Shown one piece after another: positions 16,591 to 29,602 of a stretch of 32,000 nt of DNA. The stretch's first letter is position 1, and every line of letters begins with the position of its first letter. The notes under the pieces are model-generated. The model saw nothing but the letters and a program-made list of their open reading frames with translations. It made no database searches and was not told the origin of the DNA. A program made the position numbers and the translations under genes. Location: the NCBI RefSeq assembly GCF_008189405.1, contig NZ_CP043316.1:60001-92000 (forward strand), in the 5' to 3' direction. The DNA is from Candidatus Saccharimonadota bacterium. GTDB lineage: Bacteria > Pseudomonadota > Alphaproteobacteria > CAJXXZ01 > 1604HC.

Positions 16591-17331
16591 ATGTTTAGGT
16601 ATAAGTTTACAATTGAGTATGATGGATCAGCTGCAGAGGTAGGGTGGCAATTACAGCCTGATAAAGTATCTATTCAATCAATTTTATCAGAAGCAGCATT
16701 TAAACTATCTCAATCTCATATTATATTTCATGGTGCAGGTAGGACAGATAAAGGAGTACATGCTTATGGTCAAGTTGCACATGCAGATTTCTTAAGAGAA
16801 TACCCTTTAGTGAGCTTAAAGCGTGGGATTAATTTTCATTTAGGAGATCATAAAGTTGCAATACAGAATGTTGAGCCTGTTCCTAATGATTTTCATGCTA
16901 GATTCGAAGCAAAAATGAAGACATATAGGTATGATATATGTATCCGTGATTACCCTAATGTATTAAGTCCAAATAATTGGAGGATGGTTTATAAATTAAA
17001 TATTGATGAAATGCGTAATGCAGCTCAATTTCTTTTAGGCAAACATGATTTTACAAGTTTTAGAGATAATAATTGTCAAGCATTATCAGCAGAACGAAGT
17101 ATTGATGAAATTAATTTTGAAGTGAAAAGAGATATTATTAGTATATATTTTATAGCTAGATCTTTCTTGCATCATCAAATCAGGATTATGGTTGGAACTT
17201 TAGTAGATGTAGGGTTGGGGCGTAAAAACTCAGATATTAGGAATATTATTTCAAGTAAATCTAGAGATCTAGCTGGTCCTACTGCACCAGCCAATGGACT
17301 TTTCTTAGAGAAAATTGAATATTCTATATAG
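16591..17331 (+). CDS. truA: tRNA pseudouridine(38-40) synthase TruA
   Basis: YKFTIEYDGSAAEVGWQ, catalytic GAGRTDKGVHAYGQVAH, FLHHQIRIMVG. Confidence 0.9.
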   Translation: MFRYKFTIEYDGSAAEVGWQLQPDKVSIQSILSEAAFKLSQSHIIFHGAGRTDKGVHAYGQVAHADFLREYPLVSLKRGINFHLGDHKVAIQNVEPVPNDFHARFEAKMKTYRYDICIRDYPNVLSPNNWRMVYKLNIDEMRNAAQFLLGKHDFTSFRDNNCQALSAERSIDEINFEVKRDIISIYFIARSFLHHQIRIMVGTLVDVGLGRKNSDIRNIISSKSRDLAGPTAPANGLFLEKIEYSI

Positions 17332-17414
17332 TGCAATAATAATTCAATATAGAATAAATCAAGATTAATAATATACCTATATCTCTTTACAGATTTATTA
17401 ATAAATACATCATG

Positions 17415-18221
17415 CTAGATATATTGTGCGAAATATTCCATATGCTTTGGTAAATGAGCTTGGAATGTGAATTCTTTCTCAAGAGTTAAAGTGATTTTAT
17501 TACAGTGTAAATAAAGCTTACAATCAAATTCTGATCCATATTTCATATCTCCGATTACAGGATATCCAAGATATGCTGCATGTTTTCTGATTTGATGTTT
17601 CTTGCCTGTAATTGGGGAGAATTCTACAATATTATATTTGTCATTTTTTGCAATTGTACGATATTTTGTGATTAATTTTTTATCATCTTCATATGTTTCT
17701 ATGGTTCCGCTTTTCAAATCATTACTAGGTAATAGTGCAATATATTGTTTGTCCCAAGTATGGATGGACTGAGAAAATAGCATTGCTGTATTCCTATTAA
17801 GAGCAAAAACTAGTACACCTGTAGTTAATTTATCTAATCTATGCACAGGATATGCATATTGATTGATTTGAGATGCAAAATTCTTTGCTTGCAAAAATGT
17901 TGAATTATCCTTATCTCCCTGACTACATATATTATATGGCTTGTTAATAACTAACATATTTTCATCATGAAATAGTATTGTTGATTCATCTATAGTATTT
18001 TTTGTGTTATCAAAAACATTCTCTTGTTTTTCAACTTTGTCCCATACATAGATAATATCACCATCATTCAATATTTGTTGTGGTGGAGCTTTCTTTCCAT
18101 TTAATGTGATATTTTTAATCCTTAAGTGTCTTTGTAGTTCAGTGTAAGTTAGATTCATATAATGTTCTCTAAACCATTGCCTAATAGATATGTTAGGAGT
18201 TGCATTGTATTTCAATTTCAT
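17415..18221 (-). CDS. RluA-family rRNA pseudouridine synthase with an N-terminal S4-like domain (RluC/RluD-like)
   Basis: Catalytic motif HRLDKLTTGVLVFA; GKKHQIRKHAAYLGYPVIGDMKYG; an S4-like N-terminal region (LRIKNITLNGKKA). Confidence 0.85.
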   Translation of the reverse strand: MKLKYNATPNISIRQWFREHYMNLTYTELQRHLRIKNITLNGKKAPPQQILNDGDIIYVWDKVEKQENVFDNTKNTIDESTILFHDENMLVINKPYNICSQGDKDNSTFLQAKNFASQINQYAYPVHRLDKLTTGVLVFALNRNTAMLFSQSIHTWDKQYIALLPSNDLKSGTIETYEDDKKLITKYRTIAKNDKYNIVEFSPITGKKHQIRKHAAYLGYPVIGDMKYGSEFDCKLYLHCNKITLTLEKEFTFQAHLPKHMEYFAQYI

Positions 18222-18258
18222 TATTTACTATAATACTATCTTATATTAACATATCATA

Positions 18259-18852
18259 GTGTTATATGCTTTGTTTTTAAGCTTGATTTTATCCGGATGC
18301 ATACAAAAGTGGCAGGATATGCCTAGAAAGCCATTTTCTAGATATGAAAATTTTAGGAAACCTGTTCAATTAAATAAAAAAGATGGATATCAATATACTA
18401 TTAAAAATAGCCAAGGGCATTTCAATATTACAAGCCAAAAGCATTATCATTTAGATGAATGTGGAATTGCTTCTTATTATGGAGATAAATTTCATAATCG
18501 AAAAACAGCAATTGGAGTTATATATAATCAATGGGATATGACATCTGCTCATCCAACAATCCCTTTGCCTGCAGTATTGAAGGTATCTAGAGTTGATAGT
18601 GGAAAACATATTTATGTACTAGCTATAGATAGAGGGCCTTTCGTCAAAAAAGGGGAAAATAGGGTAATAGATTTATCTAGAGGAGCTGCAAAAGTTTTAG
18701 GAATGGAAAAGCAGGGAGTTGCACATGTGCGTGTACAATGCTTAGTGCGTGCAAGTGAAAAATTACGCAAAGAGTGGCATACACATAAAAAAGATGGAAA
18801 AATACCTTACAACTTAGTTTCTAAATATGTAAGAAAAAACATTTTATGGTAA
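18259..18852 (+). CDS. rlpA: Septal ring lytic transglycosylase RlpA-like lipoprotein (DPBB domain)
   Basis: GTG start. Lipobox LILSGC. DPBB block GIASYYGDKFHNRKTAIGVIYNQWDMTSAHPTIPLPAVLKVSRVDSGKHIYVLAIDRGPF. Confidence 0.8.
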   Translation: MLYALFLSLILSGCIQKWQDMPRKPFSRYENFRKPVQLNKKDGYQYTIKNSQGHFNITSQKHYHLDECGIASYYGDKFHNRKTAIGVIYNQWDMTSAHPTIPLPAVLKVSRVDSGKHIYVLAIDRGPFVKKGENRVIDLSRGAAKVLGMEKQGVAHVRVQCLVRASEKLRKEWHTHKKDGKIPYNLVSKYVRKNILW

Positions 18853-18930
18853 TGAGTGTTATGGCTTATTACAAAGTTTATAATTCATGATAATATCATA
18901 AATTATAGTTTTTATAGTCTTTTTTGCGAT

Positions 18931-18987
18931 TTAATTTATAATTTCAAGGTGAATTTAAATTTAATTTATAGTATCAGGTTGAATTTA
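18931..18987 (+). repeat. Two imperfect direct repeats of 27 nt with a 30-bp period, upstream of tmk
   Basis: ttaatttataatttcaaggtgaattta (18931-18957) and ttaatttatagtatcaggttgaattta (18961-18987). By hand count, 23 of 27 positions are identical. Confidence 0.6.
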
Positions 18988-19004
18988 GTGTTATATATAT
19001 TCTA

Positions 19005-19583
19005 ATGTTTATAGTATTTGAAGGTATAGATGGGGTTGGTAAAAGTTCGCATATAAGAGGAGTAGCTAATTTCTTACTTGAGCGAGGTATACAACATATT
19101 TGTACTAGTGAATTTGGCAATTTACCATTGGGGAAAAGCGTTAGAAATTTAATGATGAATTACGATATGACAGGAGAAGAAGAAATATTGTTAATTAATT
19201 TGATTAGGTCATATCATATCAGAAATGTTTTGATTCCTTCAATCCAAGCAAATCACTGGATTCTGATGGATAGATTTATAGAATCAACATGGGCTTACCA
19301 ACATGGTGGGAAGCAAGTTCCTTATAATATAGTGAAGAAATTGACAGACTCGATAAAGATTCCTAAGCCAGATCTTACAATATTATTAGATGGTGATAAT
19401 CATAGAAGTGTAGCAAAAGATAAGTTCGATAAAGAAAGTAAAGATTTCTTCAATAGAGTAAAAGCAGTTTATAAAGATAGGTTTGATCAAGAAAATTGGA
19501 TTACATACAATACAAACATAGGGTATAAGGCCGTACAATCTATGATTCGAGAATATTTAGCAGAAAATATCTTATGTTGTTAG
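19005..19583 (+). CDS. tmk: Thymidylate kinase
   Basis: P-loop FIVFEGIDGVGKSS, the DRF motif (LMDRFIEST), and the conserved tmk-holB order. Confidence 0.9.
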   Translation: MFIVFEGIDGVGKSSHIRGVANFLLERGIQHICTSEFGNLPLGKSVRNLMMNYDMTGEEEILLINLIRSYHIRNVLIPSIQANHWILMDRFIESTWAYQHGGKQVPYNIVKKLTDSIKIPKPDLTILLDGDNHRSVAKDKFDKESKDFFNRVKAVYKDRFDQENWITYNTNIGYKAVQSMIREYLAENILCC

Positions 19584-19691
19584 ATAAATTTGGTTGATAG
19601 TAAATATTTTTAATATTAGCGTGCTCTGGAATCATTTAGGCAAATATTCTAAAGTACTAACACTATTTGAAAGGTACAATTAATTATAAAA

Positions 19692-20399
19692 ATGTATGGT
19701 TTAATAAATTGTAAAAATAAGGGATTATATAAGGAGGAGGGTGCTAAGTTGAAGATACAGAATTTATCGAAGATATTTGAGTCTATAACTATGCCATTAT
19801 TTATTTATGGCGCAGATATCAATGTAATTCATGAAACATGTGATCAGTTATTTCAGAATCATAATATATCTGAAAGAATACAGTTAGAATTAGAATCTAT
19901 TTCAGAAATAAAGACTTTGATTAACTTTTTGAACTCTACCCCAATTTATAGTAATCGTAAAATGATATTGCTCAAAAATGCTCAAAAATGGAGCAAAAAT
20001 GTTAAATCCGCGCTTCTGAAAAGTTTAGAAGAATATCCGCAATATAATCAGATAATTATCACATCAACCTCAATTCTAGATTTAACAATTATGTCTAGGT
20101 GCTATAAGTTTCATATTCAAAATACCTCTGATACTGATAAGATTTCAATAGAAAGCATAACAATTCAAAATATAATGAGCATTTCTGATCCAACAGTGCT
20201 ATTTCTTTTTGTAAAACAGCATTTGTATAAAGTAATTGAGAATCACAACATTCAGTTACTTGCTTATGTTGAGAATTTATGGGATAAGGTGAATGAGACT
20301 TACGGTTGGTTTAGAAAAGGAGAAATAGCATCACAAAATTGTATTCAGATTATGTCAAATCTGATTTTAGATCATTTAAATCAGATAAACAATTTATAA
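19692..20399 (+). CDS. holB: DNA polymerase III delta-prime subunit, short and highly divergent
   Basis: Position directly after tmk. Sensor/box region MILLKNAQKWSKNVKSALLKSLEEYPQYNQIIITSTS...IMSRC matches the clamp-loader pattern (NALLKtLEEP ... SRC). The P-loop-equivalent position reads YGADINV. The start is uncertain; M1 and M34 (MPLFIYG) are both possible. Confidence 0.6.
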   Translation: MYGLINCKNKGLYKEEGAKLKIQNLSKIFESITMPLFIYGADINVIHETCDQLFQNHNISERIQLELESISEIKTLINFLNSTPIYSNRKMILLKNAQKWSKNVKSALLKSLEEYPQYNQIIITSTSILDLTIMSRCYKFHIQNTSDTDKISIESITIQNIMSISDPTVLFLFVKQHLYKVIENHNIQLLAYVENLWDKVNETYGWFRKGEIASQNCIQIMSNLILDHLNQINNL

Positions 20400-21862
20400 C
20401 TGCACCAATATATTATGTTAATGGAGCTCCTCATTTGGGACATTTATATACTTCTATTGCTGTAGATATTCTACATAGGTTCATGTCTATTTTTGGTGAA
20501 TCTTACTTCTCTATTGGAACAGATGAACATGGGCAGAAAGTAGAGCAATCTGCACAGAAAAATAATTGTGAAGTGCAAAAATATGTTGATGATATGTATG
20601 CACCATTTCACCAATTAATGAAAGTTGCAAATATTCAATATGATTCATTTATTAGAACTAGCTCAGAAAAACACAAAAGTAATGTGCTGCATTTTTGGAA
20701 TAAACTACTAGATAGTGGAGACACTTATGAAGATTCATATAAAGGTTGGTATGCTACTCGTGATGAACAATTTTACGCTGAAGATGAAGTGGAAGATCGC
20801 TATATAAAGAACTCTAAAAGGAAAGTTGCCAAAATATCTGGGAGTCCAGTGGAGTGGATGGAAGAAAAATGCACATTTTTCAAGCTATCAAAGTATAATG
20901 ATGAATTGTTAGATTATTATAAAAAAAATAAGAGTCTAATTGGGCCAAATGCTAGGTACAATGAAGTGATTGGTATGTTAGAAGCTAGAATTCCAGATTT
21001 AGCTATTACGAGATCTAGATTTTCTTGGGGAATTAGCTGTGGTAATGGGCAAGTAATTTATGTTTGGGTCGACGCATTATCAAATTATATTACAGCAATG
21101 GGAGATAATGTAGATTATTGGATTAATGATATGATCCATATTATTGGGAAAGATATTTTGAAATTTCATGCTATATATTGGCCAGCTTTACTTTTATCAA
21201 CAGGATACCCAATGCCTAAAAGGATATATGCTCATGGGTGGTGGACAGTTAATGAAGATAAAATGTCGAAATCATTAGGAAATGTTGTTGAGCCATTTGA
21301 TTTGATAGAGAAATATGGGATTGATCCAGTACGTTATTGTATTATGCGAGAAATGAGTTTTGGGCAAGATGGAGATTTCTCACATGATAGAATGAAAAAT
21401 AGAGTAAATACAGAATTGGTTAATGTTATTGGAAATTTGGTTCAACGTGTTCTAGCATTTACTTGGAAGGAATTTGGAGAAACTTTAACTATAAATGATT
21501 TGGAAGATCAGGATTTGGAATTGCTTAAAAATTGGGATGAATGCTTAGAAAATTCGTTTGAAGCAATGAAAAAGCAACAAATTCATGTGTATTTAGAAGA
21601 AGTGAGAAAAGTGATTGTAAAAACCAATCAGTATATAGACTTTACTGCGCCATGGAAATGTGAATCAGAAGAAAAAAAGAGAATACTAGCAGTTGGAATT
21701 GAATGCATAAAGAGGTTGGCTTTGATTATATATCCTGTAATGCCTGGATCTTCTGAGAAAATTCTAGAAATGATAGGGTGTGATTGTAAAATATCAAATT
21801 GGTTCGTGCCTTTGCAACAGAAGGCGCTAGATAAACCATCAGGATTATTTAACCGTATATAA
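20339..21862 (+). CDS. metG: Methionine--tRNA ligase (short form)
   Basis: ITAPIYYVNGAPHLGHLYT (HIGH region), DKMSKSLGN (KMSKS), WVDAL, YWPALL. The only canonical in-frame start is the TTG at 20339, which lies 61 nt inside holB. Confidence 0.9.
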   Translation: MYSDYVKSDFRSFKSDKQFITAPIYYVNGAPHLGHLYTSIAVDILHRFMSIFGESYFSIGTDEHGQKVEQSAQKNNCEVQKYVDDMYAPFHQLMKVANIQYDSFIRTSSEKHKSNVLHFWNKLLDSGDTYEDSYKGWYATRDEQFYAEDEVEDRYIKNSKRKVAKISGSPVEWMEEKCTFFKLSKYNDELLDYYKKNKSLIGPNARYNEVIGMLEARIPDLAITRSRFSWGISCGNGQVIYVWVDALSNYITAMGDNVDYWINDMIHIIGKDILKFHAIYWPALLLSTGYPMPKRIYAHGWWTVNEDKMSKSLGNVVEPFDLIEKYGIDPVRYCIMREMSFGQDGDFSHDRMKNRVNTELVNVIGNLVQRVLAFTWKEFGETLTINDLEDQDLELLKNWDECLENSFEAMKKQQIHVYLEEVRKVIVKTNQYIDFTAPWKCESEEKKRILAVGIECIKRLALIIYPVMPGSSEKILEMIGCDCKISNWFVPLQQKALDKPSGLFNRI

Positions 21863-22341
21863 TATTCAGCAATTATTTAATGAACCATCTATTGGTGGAT
21901 CTGAACTTAATAAATAGCGGGTTCATGGATCATGCTTAATTTCAATGTTGTTTTTAATAGATTAAAAAACATTATTTTGCATTTCCAAGATTTGATTGAT
22001 ATCTCAATTAATAGATTTAAATGGATAGAATTCTCATAGTAATTACAATTATTTAGATTGGTTTCTATTGAATTGGAAGATTGTATATGCATTATTAATT
22101 TTCTAATTATGCCATAATAAGCTAGATTTTAGGTTTATATCATCTTTTTTTCTCATACTATGATTTATTGCTTATGTAGTCATATCGCTATGCACCTATT
22201 TTGCCTATATTATTTTTGACTTTATTCCTACAACTCATATTGTGTTTTGCTTTGATTATGTTGAATAATTCATATTGTGCTTATGTATTTTTCTGTGATT
22301 TTGATGAATAATAGGTTTAATATGTTTATTGAGGAGTTAAA

Positions 22342-22917
22342 ATGAGTGAAATTTATAAACAAAAGGGAGTGCTAGCTGATCATGAGATTAGGGATTTAGC
22401 ACTTAATCATGATATGATTTCTCCATTTGTTGATGAAAATAGAGGAAATGGGATTATTTCATATGGAGTTTCTTCATATGGGTATGATGCACGTGTTGGG
22501 GATGAATTTAAAATTTTTACTAACGTTAATAATAGTATAGTGGATCCAAAGAATTTTAATGAAGATAATTTTGTATCTAAAAAAGGAGATTATTGTATAA
22601 TTCCTCCAAACAGTTTTATGTTATGTAGAACAGTAGAGTATTTCAAGATTCCATCAGATGTAATAGTAGTTTGCTTAGGTAAATCTACATATGCTAGATG
22701 TGGGATTATTGTAAATGTAACTCCACTTGAACCAGGATGGGAAGGGCATGTGACACTAGAGTTCTCAAATACCACTCCATTACCTGCAAAAATTTATGCT
22801 AATGAAGGAGCATGTCAATTTATATTTGTAAGATCTACTCCATGTAATACAACTTATAAAGATAGATCTGGTAAATATATGCACCAAATCGAAATAACCC
22901 CTCCTATTGTTAAATAA
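22342..22917 (+). CDS. dcd: dCTP deaminase
   Basis: gaggag precedes the ATG. Motifs [48 protein letters not shown] and GKY. Confidence 0.9.
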   Translation: MSEIYKQKGVLADHEIRDLALNHDMISPFVDENRGNGIISYGVSSYGYDARVGDEFKIFTNVNNSIVDPKNFNEDNFVSKKGDYCIIPPNSFMLCRTVEYFKIPSDVIVVCLGKSTYARCGIIVNVTPLEPGWEGHVTLEFSNTTPLPAKIYANEGACQFIFVRSTPCNTTYKDRSGKYMHQIEITPPIVK

Positions 22918-23592
22918 AATCTCTAACTTTAGTTATTTTATTGAGTGTTCTAAAAATCTTATTCAGCATTTTCAAATCTTAATTATTTCACGGAAATTTT
23001 ATGAGTTCATTTTGATTTGATAATGTAATACAATGTAGTTTGGTTTAATGAAGTTTAGCAACTCATTCTACTTAATTACGAATTATTACTATGGTTTCCA
23101 CTATATTAAAGTTATCGCTAATATATCAAAATTTCAAACATGTGTGATTTGCATTGTTCAGTAATTTCTACTTATAAAATTATGTTACAAACAAACTACA
23201 GTTTTATGTATATTATGACCATATGTAATAAATAACAATATAATATATGAATAAAGTATTATAGAGGTAAGTATATGTAGATACTATGAGCAAAATACAA
23301 CTATAATCAAAGTCACCATATATTTTTCTAGGTAATATATGTATTGATCTTTAAATATTTCTTTTAACGAAACATTCAGTGCCTCGATGAGGGCTTTACA
23401 TGCATAACTTTTTGATAGTTTTATGAGTTATCATTTGTAAGTAACTGATTCATTGAATTTTCGATACTTTCATCTTCTGAATGAATAAATGCCGTGCTTA
23501 GCCCAGACATCATTAATACTGTTAATATTCTTTTCGCATCTTGCTTCATATATAAATAATAAAACAGATGCATTAATTAACTATAAACAATA

Positions 23593-23892
23593 TTACTTAG
23601 TTTTATTTGTTTCTTTTGCATCATTAAAATGCTTTTTGTAAGAATCAGGGAAAGTGACTTTTGGTACTTCTTTCTCTGGAACAAATATTGTTTCTTTAGT
23701 TTTTGGGTTGGTTTTTTTTCCAGCTGCTCTTGTTTTTACATCAAATTTTAAGAATCCTGTCCATGATATCATTTCATCTTTAAGCATAGTTTCAGTGATG
23801 ACATCTTTGAATGCCTCAAGAAATTGCTTCGCTTGAGCAATATTGATCTGCAAGTTTGCTGCTATTTTTTTTTGTAAATCGCTGTAATTCAT
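23593..23892 (-). CDS. hup: HU/IHF-family nucleoid DNA-binding protein
   Basis: aggagg lies 5 nt upstream of the ATG at 23892 (the tracked ORF extends to 23931). MNYSDLQKKIA..., GFLKFDVKTRAAGKKTNPKTKETIFVPEKEVPKVTF shows the HU arm pattern R-x-x-R-N-P-x-T. Confidence 0.85.
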   Translation of the reverse strand: MNYSDLQKKIAANLQINIAQAKQFLEAFKDVITETMLKDEMISWTGFLKFDVKTRAAGKKTNPKTKETIFVPEKEVPKVTFPDSYKKHFNDAKETNKTK

Positions 23893-24059
23893 GTTATTCC
23901 TCCTAAGAATTAGTATAACTTTAGGTATCATACACCAAAGTTATGTTTTTAAAAAGAGATTTTTATTTTTTTTATTAATAATGTAAGCCAAAATTCATAT
24001 TTCTTGTGCTTTCATGCTTAAAAACGGTGGATAAAAGTAAAAATTAATGTAAATTTAAA

Positions 24060-24251
24060 TTATTTTTCTTTGTTTTTTTGTTTTGCAATTCTTCTAATTC
24101 TTTCAGCTTTTTTTCTTGCTTTTTCTTCTGATGGCTTCAATCTATATTTTCTATTTTTCCATTCACTGAAAACACCATTTCTTTGTCCATATTTTTTTAA
24201 CTCTCTCATTGCTCTACTAACATCATTATTAATAACATTTACTGTAATCAT
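24060..24251 (-). CDS. rpsU: 30S ribosomal protein S21
   Basis: MITVNVINNDVSRAMRELKKYGQRNGVFSEWKNRKYRLKPSEEKARKKAE matches the S21 pattern. ggagg precedes the ATG at 24251 (the tracked ORF extends to 24266). Confidence 0.85.
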   Translation of the reverse strand: MITVNVINNDVSRAMRELKKYGQRNGVFSEWKNRKYRLKPSEEKARKKAERIRRIAKQKNKEK

Positions 24252-24630
24252 CTTAACAACCTCCACTTTTAGAAAATTCTAACATATTATACATTTTAAT
24301 TCAAAATGGAATGTAAATTTTTAGTGATTTTTGCATTTATGATAAAAGAACGAGCTAAATTAGTAGGTGATTAATTATATAAATATATTTCAATTGTACA
24401 ATTCCTTTAAGCATCAAGCATATATATTGATCATAATTGCTGTATTTAAAACATAAATCTAACATGTATTATATTAGTTGGTAAATTTTAATCGCTCACC
24501 AATTCTTTTATAATAATTCTAATTAATTAAACACCTTAGTAAATTATATATTTATTAGGTTGCAATTTAAGCGTATTAATATAAAAGTATGAAGCGCAAA
24601 CAAATTGTGGAAAATGATATATGAAGAAAA

Positions 24631-24681
24631 TAAAAAAAAGATGAAAAGGGTGTTGACAATTTTTGGCATATGAAGGAAGAT
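24631..24681 (+). promoter_or_regulatory. Candidate rRNA operon promoter with an A-rich UP-like element
   Basis: The A-tract taaaaaaaagatgaaaaggg is followed by a consensus -35 TTGACA (24653-24658), a 17-nt spacer and GAAGAT (24676-24681, with A2 and T6 conserved). This is about 115 nt upstream of mature 16S. Confidence 0.4.
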
Positions 24682-24723
24682 ACATCTGTTGGACGAAAGA
24701 AGTCTATTTAAAAAGTGTTTTTT

Positions 24724-24749
24724 GAAAGATAGCAAGCTAGCTGATAAGG
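24724..24749 (+). other. 5' strand of the 16S processing stem; it pairs with 26336-26359
   Basis: gaaagatagcaagctagctgataagg is nearly complementary to cttacagctagcgtgttatctttc just after 16S (the reverse complement reads gaaagataacacgctagctgtaag). This is the layout expected for an RNase III stem bracketing 16S. Confidence 0.55.
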
Positions 24750-24796
24750 ATAGCCAAGTAAATACTTTAAAGTATTATTGCTTGGGACTCTGTTTT

Positions 24797-26314
<1,518 letters not shown>

Positions 26315-26368
26315 AGGGATTATACCCTATTTATACTTACAGCTAGCGTGTTATCTTTCAAAAAAATA

Positions 26369-26442
26369 GGGCTGGTAGCTCAGTTGGTTAGAGCGCACGC
26401 TTGATAAGCGTGAGGTCGGAGGTTCGAGTCCTCCTCGGCCCA
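26369..26442 (+). tRNA. trnI: tRNA-Ile (anticodon GAT)
   Basis: Cloverleaf by hand: acceptor gggctgg/tcggccc, anticodon stem cacgc/gcgtg with loop ttGATaa, T arm ggagg-ttcgagt-cctcc, discriminator a. Confidence 0.9.
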
Positions 26443-26446
26443 TTAT

Positions 26447-26519
26447 GGGGGTGTAGCTCAATAGGGAGAGCGCATGCTTTGCACGCATGAGGTAGTCGGT
26501 TCGAATCCGACCATCTCCA
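26447..26519 (+). tRNA. trnA: tRNA-Ala (anticodon TGC)
   Basis: Acceptor gggggtg/catctcc includes the G3:U70 alanine identity pair. Anticodon stem catgc/gcatg with loop ttTGCac; T arm gtcgg-ttcgaat-ccgac. It lies only 4 nt after tRNA-Ile. Confidence 0.9.
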
Positions 26520-26605
26520 TTTTTCTGTCCATTTAAAAAGTATAAAATTAATACAATTCTCAAATTTAATGATTGTTAATTTAGTAAATATAACATTCAT
26601 TGAGT

Positions 26606-29410
<2,805 letters not shown>

Positions 29411-29602
29411 GCGCAATGTTTGTTATATATACATGTATTAATTTTATATCTTATCTATTTTCTTTTCTTCAAATATAGTTTTTTTTAGTATAGTAAGATG
29501 ATTGTGATTTATGGTTTTTTATTAAATATTATTTTAGTAGAATGCTAATTTATCACTGCATTAGTTCTTATTTAACCTTTTGTTTAAAAATATAAGATAG
29601 AA

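Noticed and set aside
18931-18990. CtrA-box reading (TTAA-N7-TTAA) of the repeat upstream of tmk
   Set aside because: TTAA tetramers are frequent in this composition, and the spacings I checked are not 7 nt.
21907-22092. 61-aa minus-strand ORF in the metG-dcd spacer
   Set aside because: It has an Asn/Ile/Leu-rich composition typical of random AT-rich frames, with no SD and no motif. I kept it only as part of the spacer observation.
23654-24735. ORFs 23654-23836 and 24070-24282 (antisense to hup and rpsU) and 24544-24735 (across the rRNA promoter)
   Set aside because: These are shadow frames of well-supported genes or of the promoter and leader. Their sequence is hydrophobic and low-complexity.
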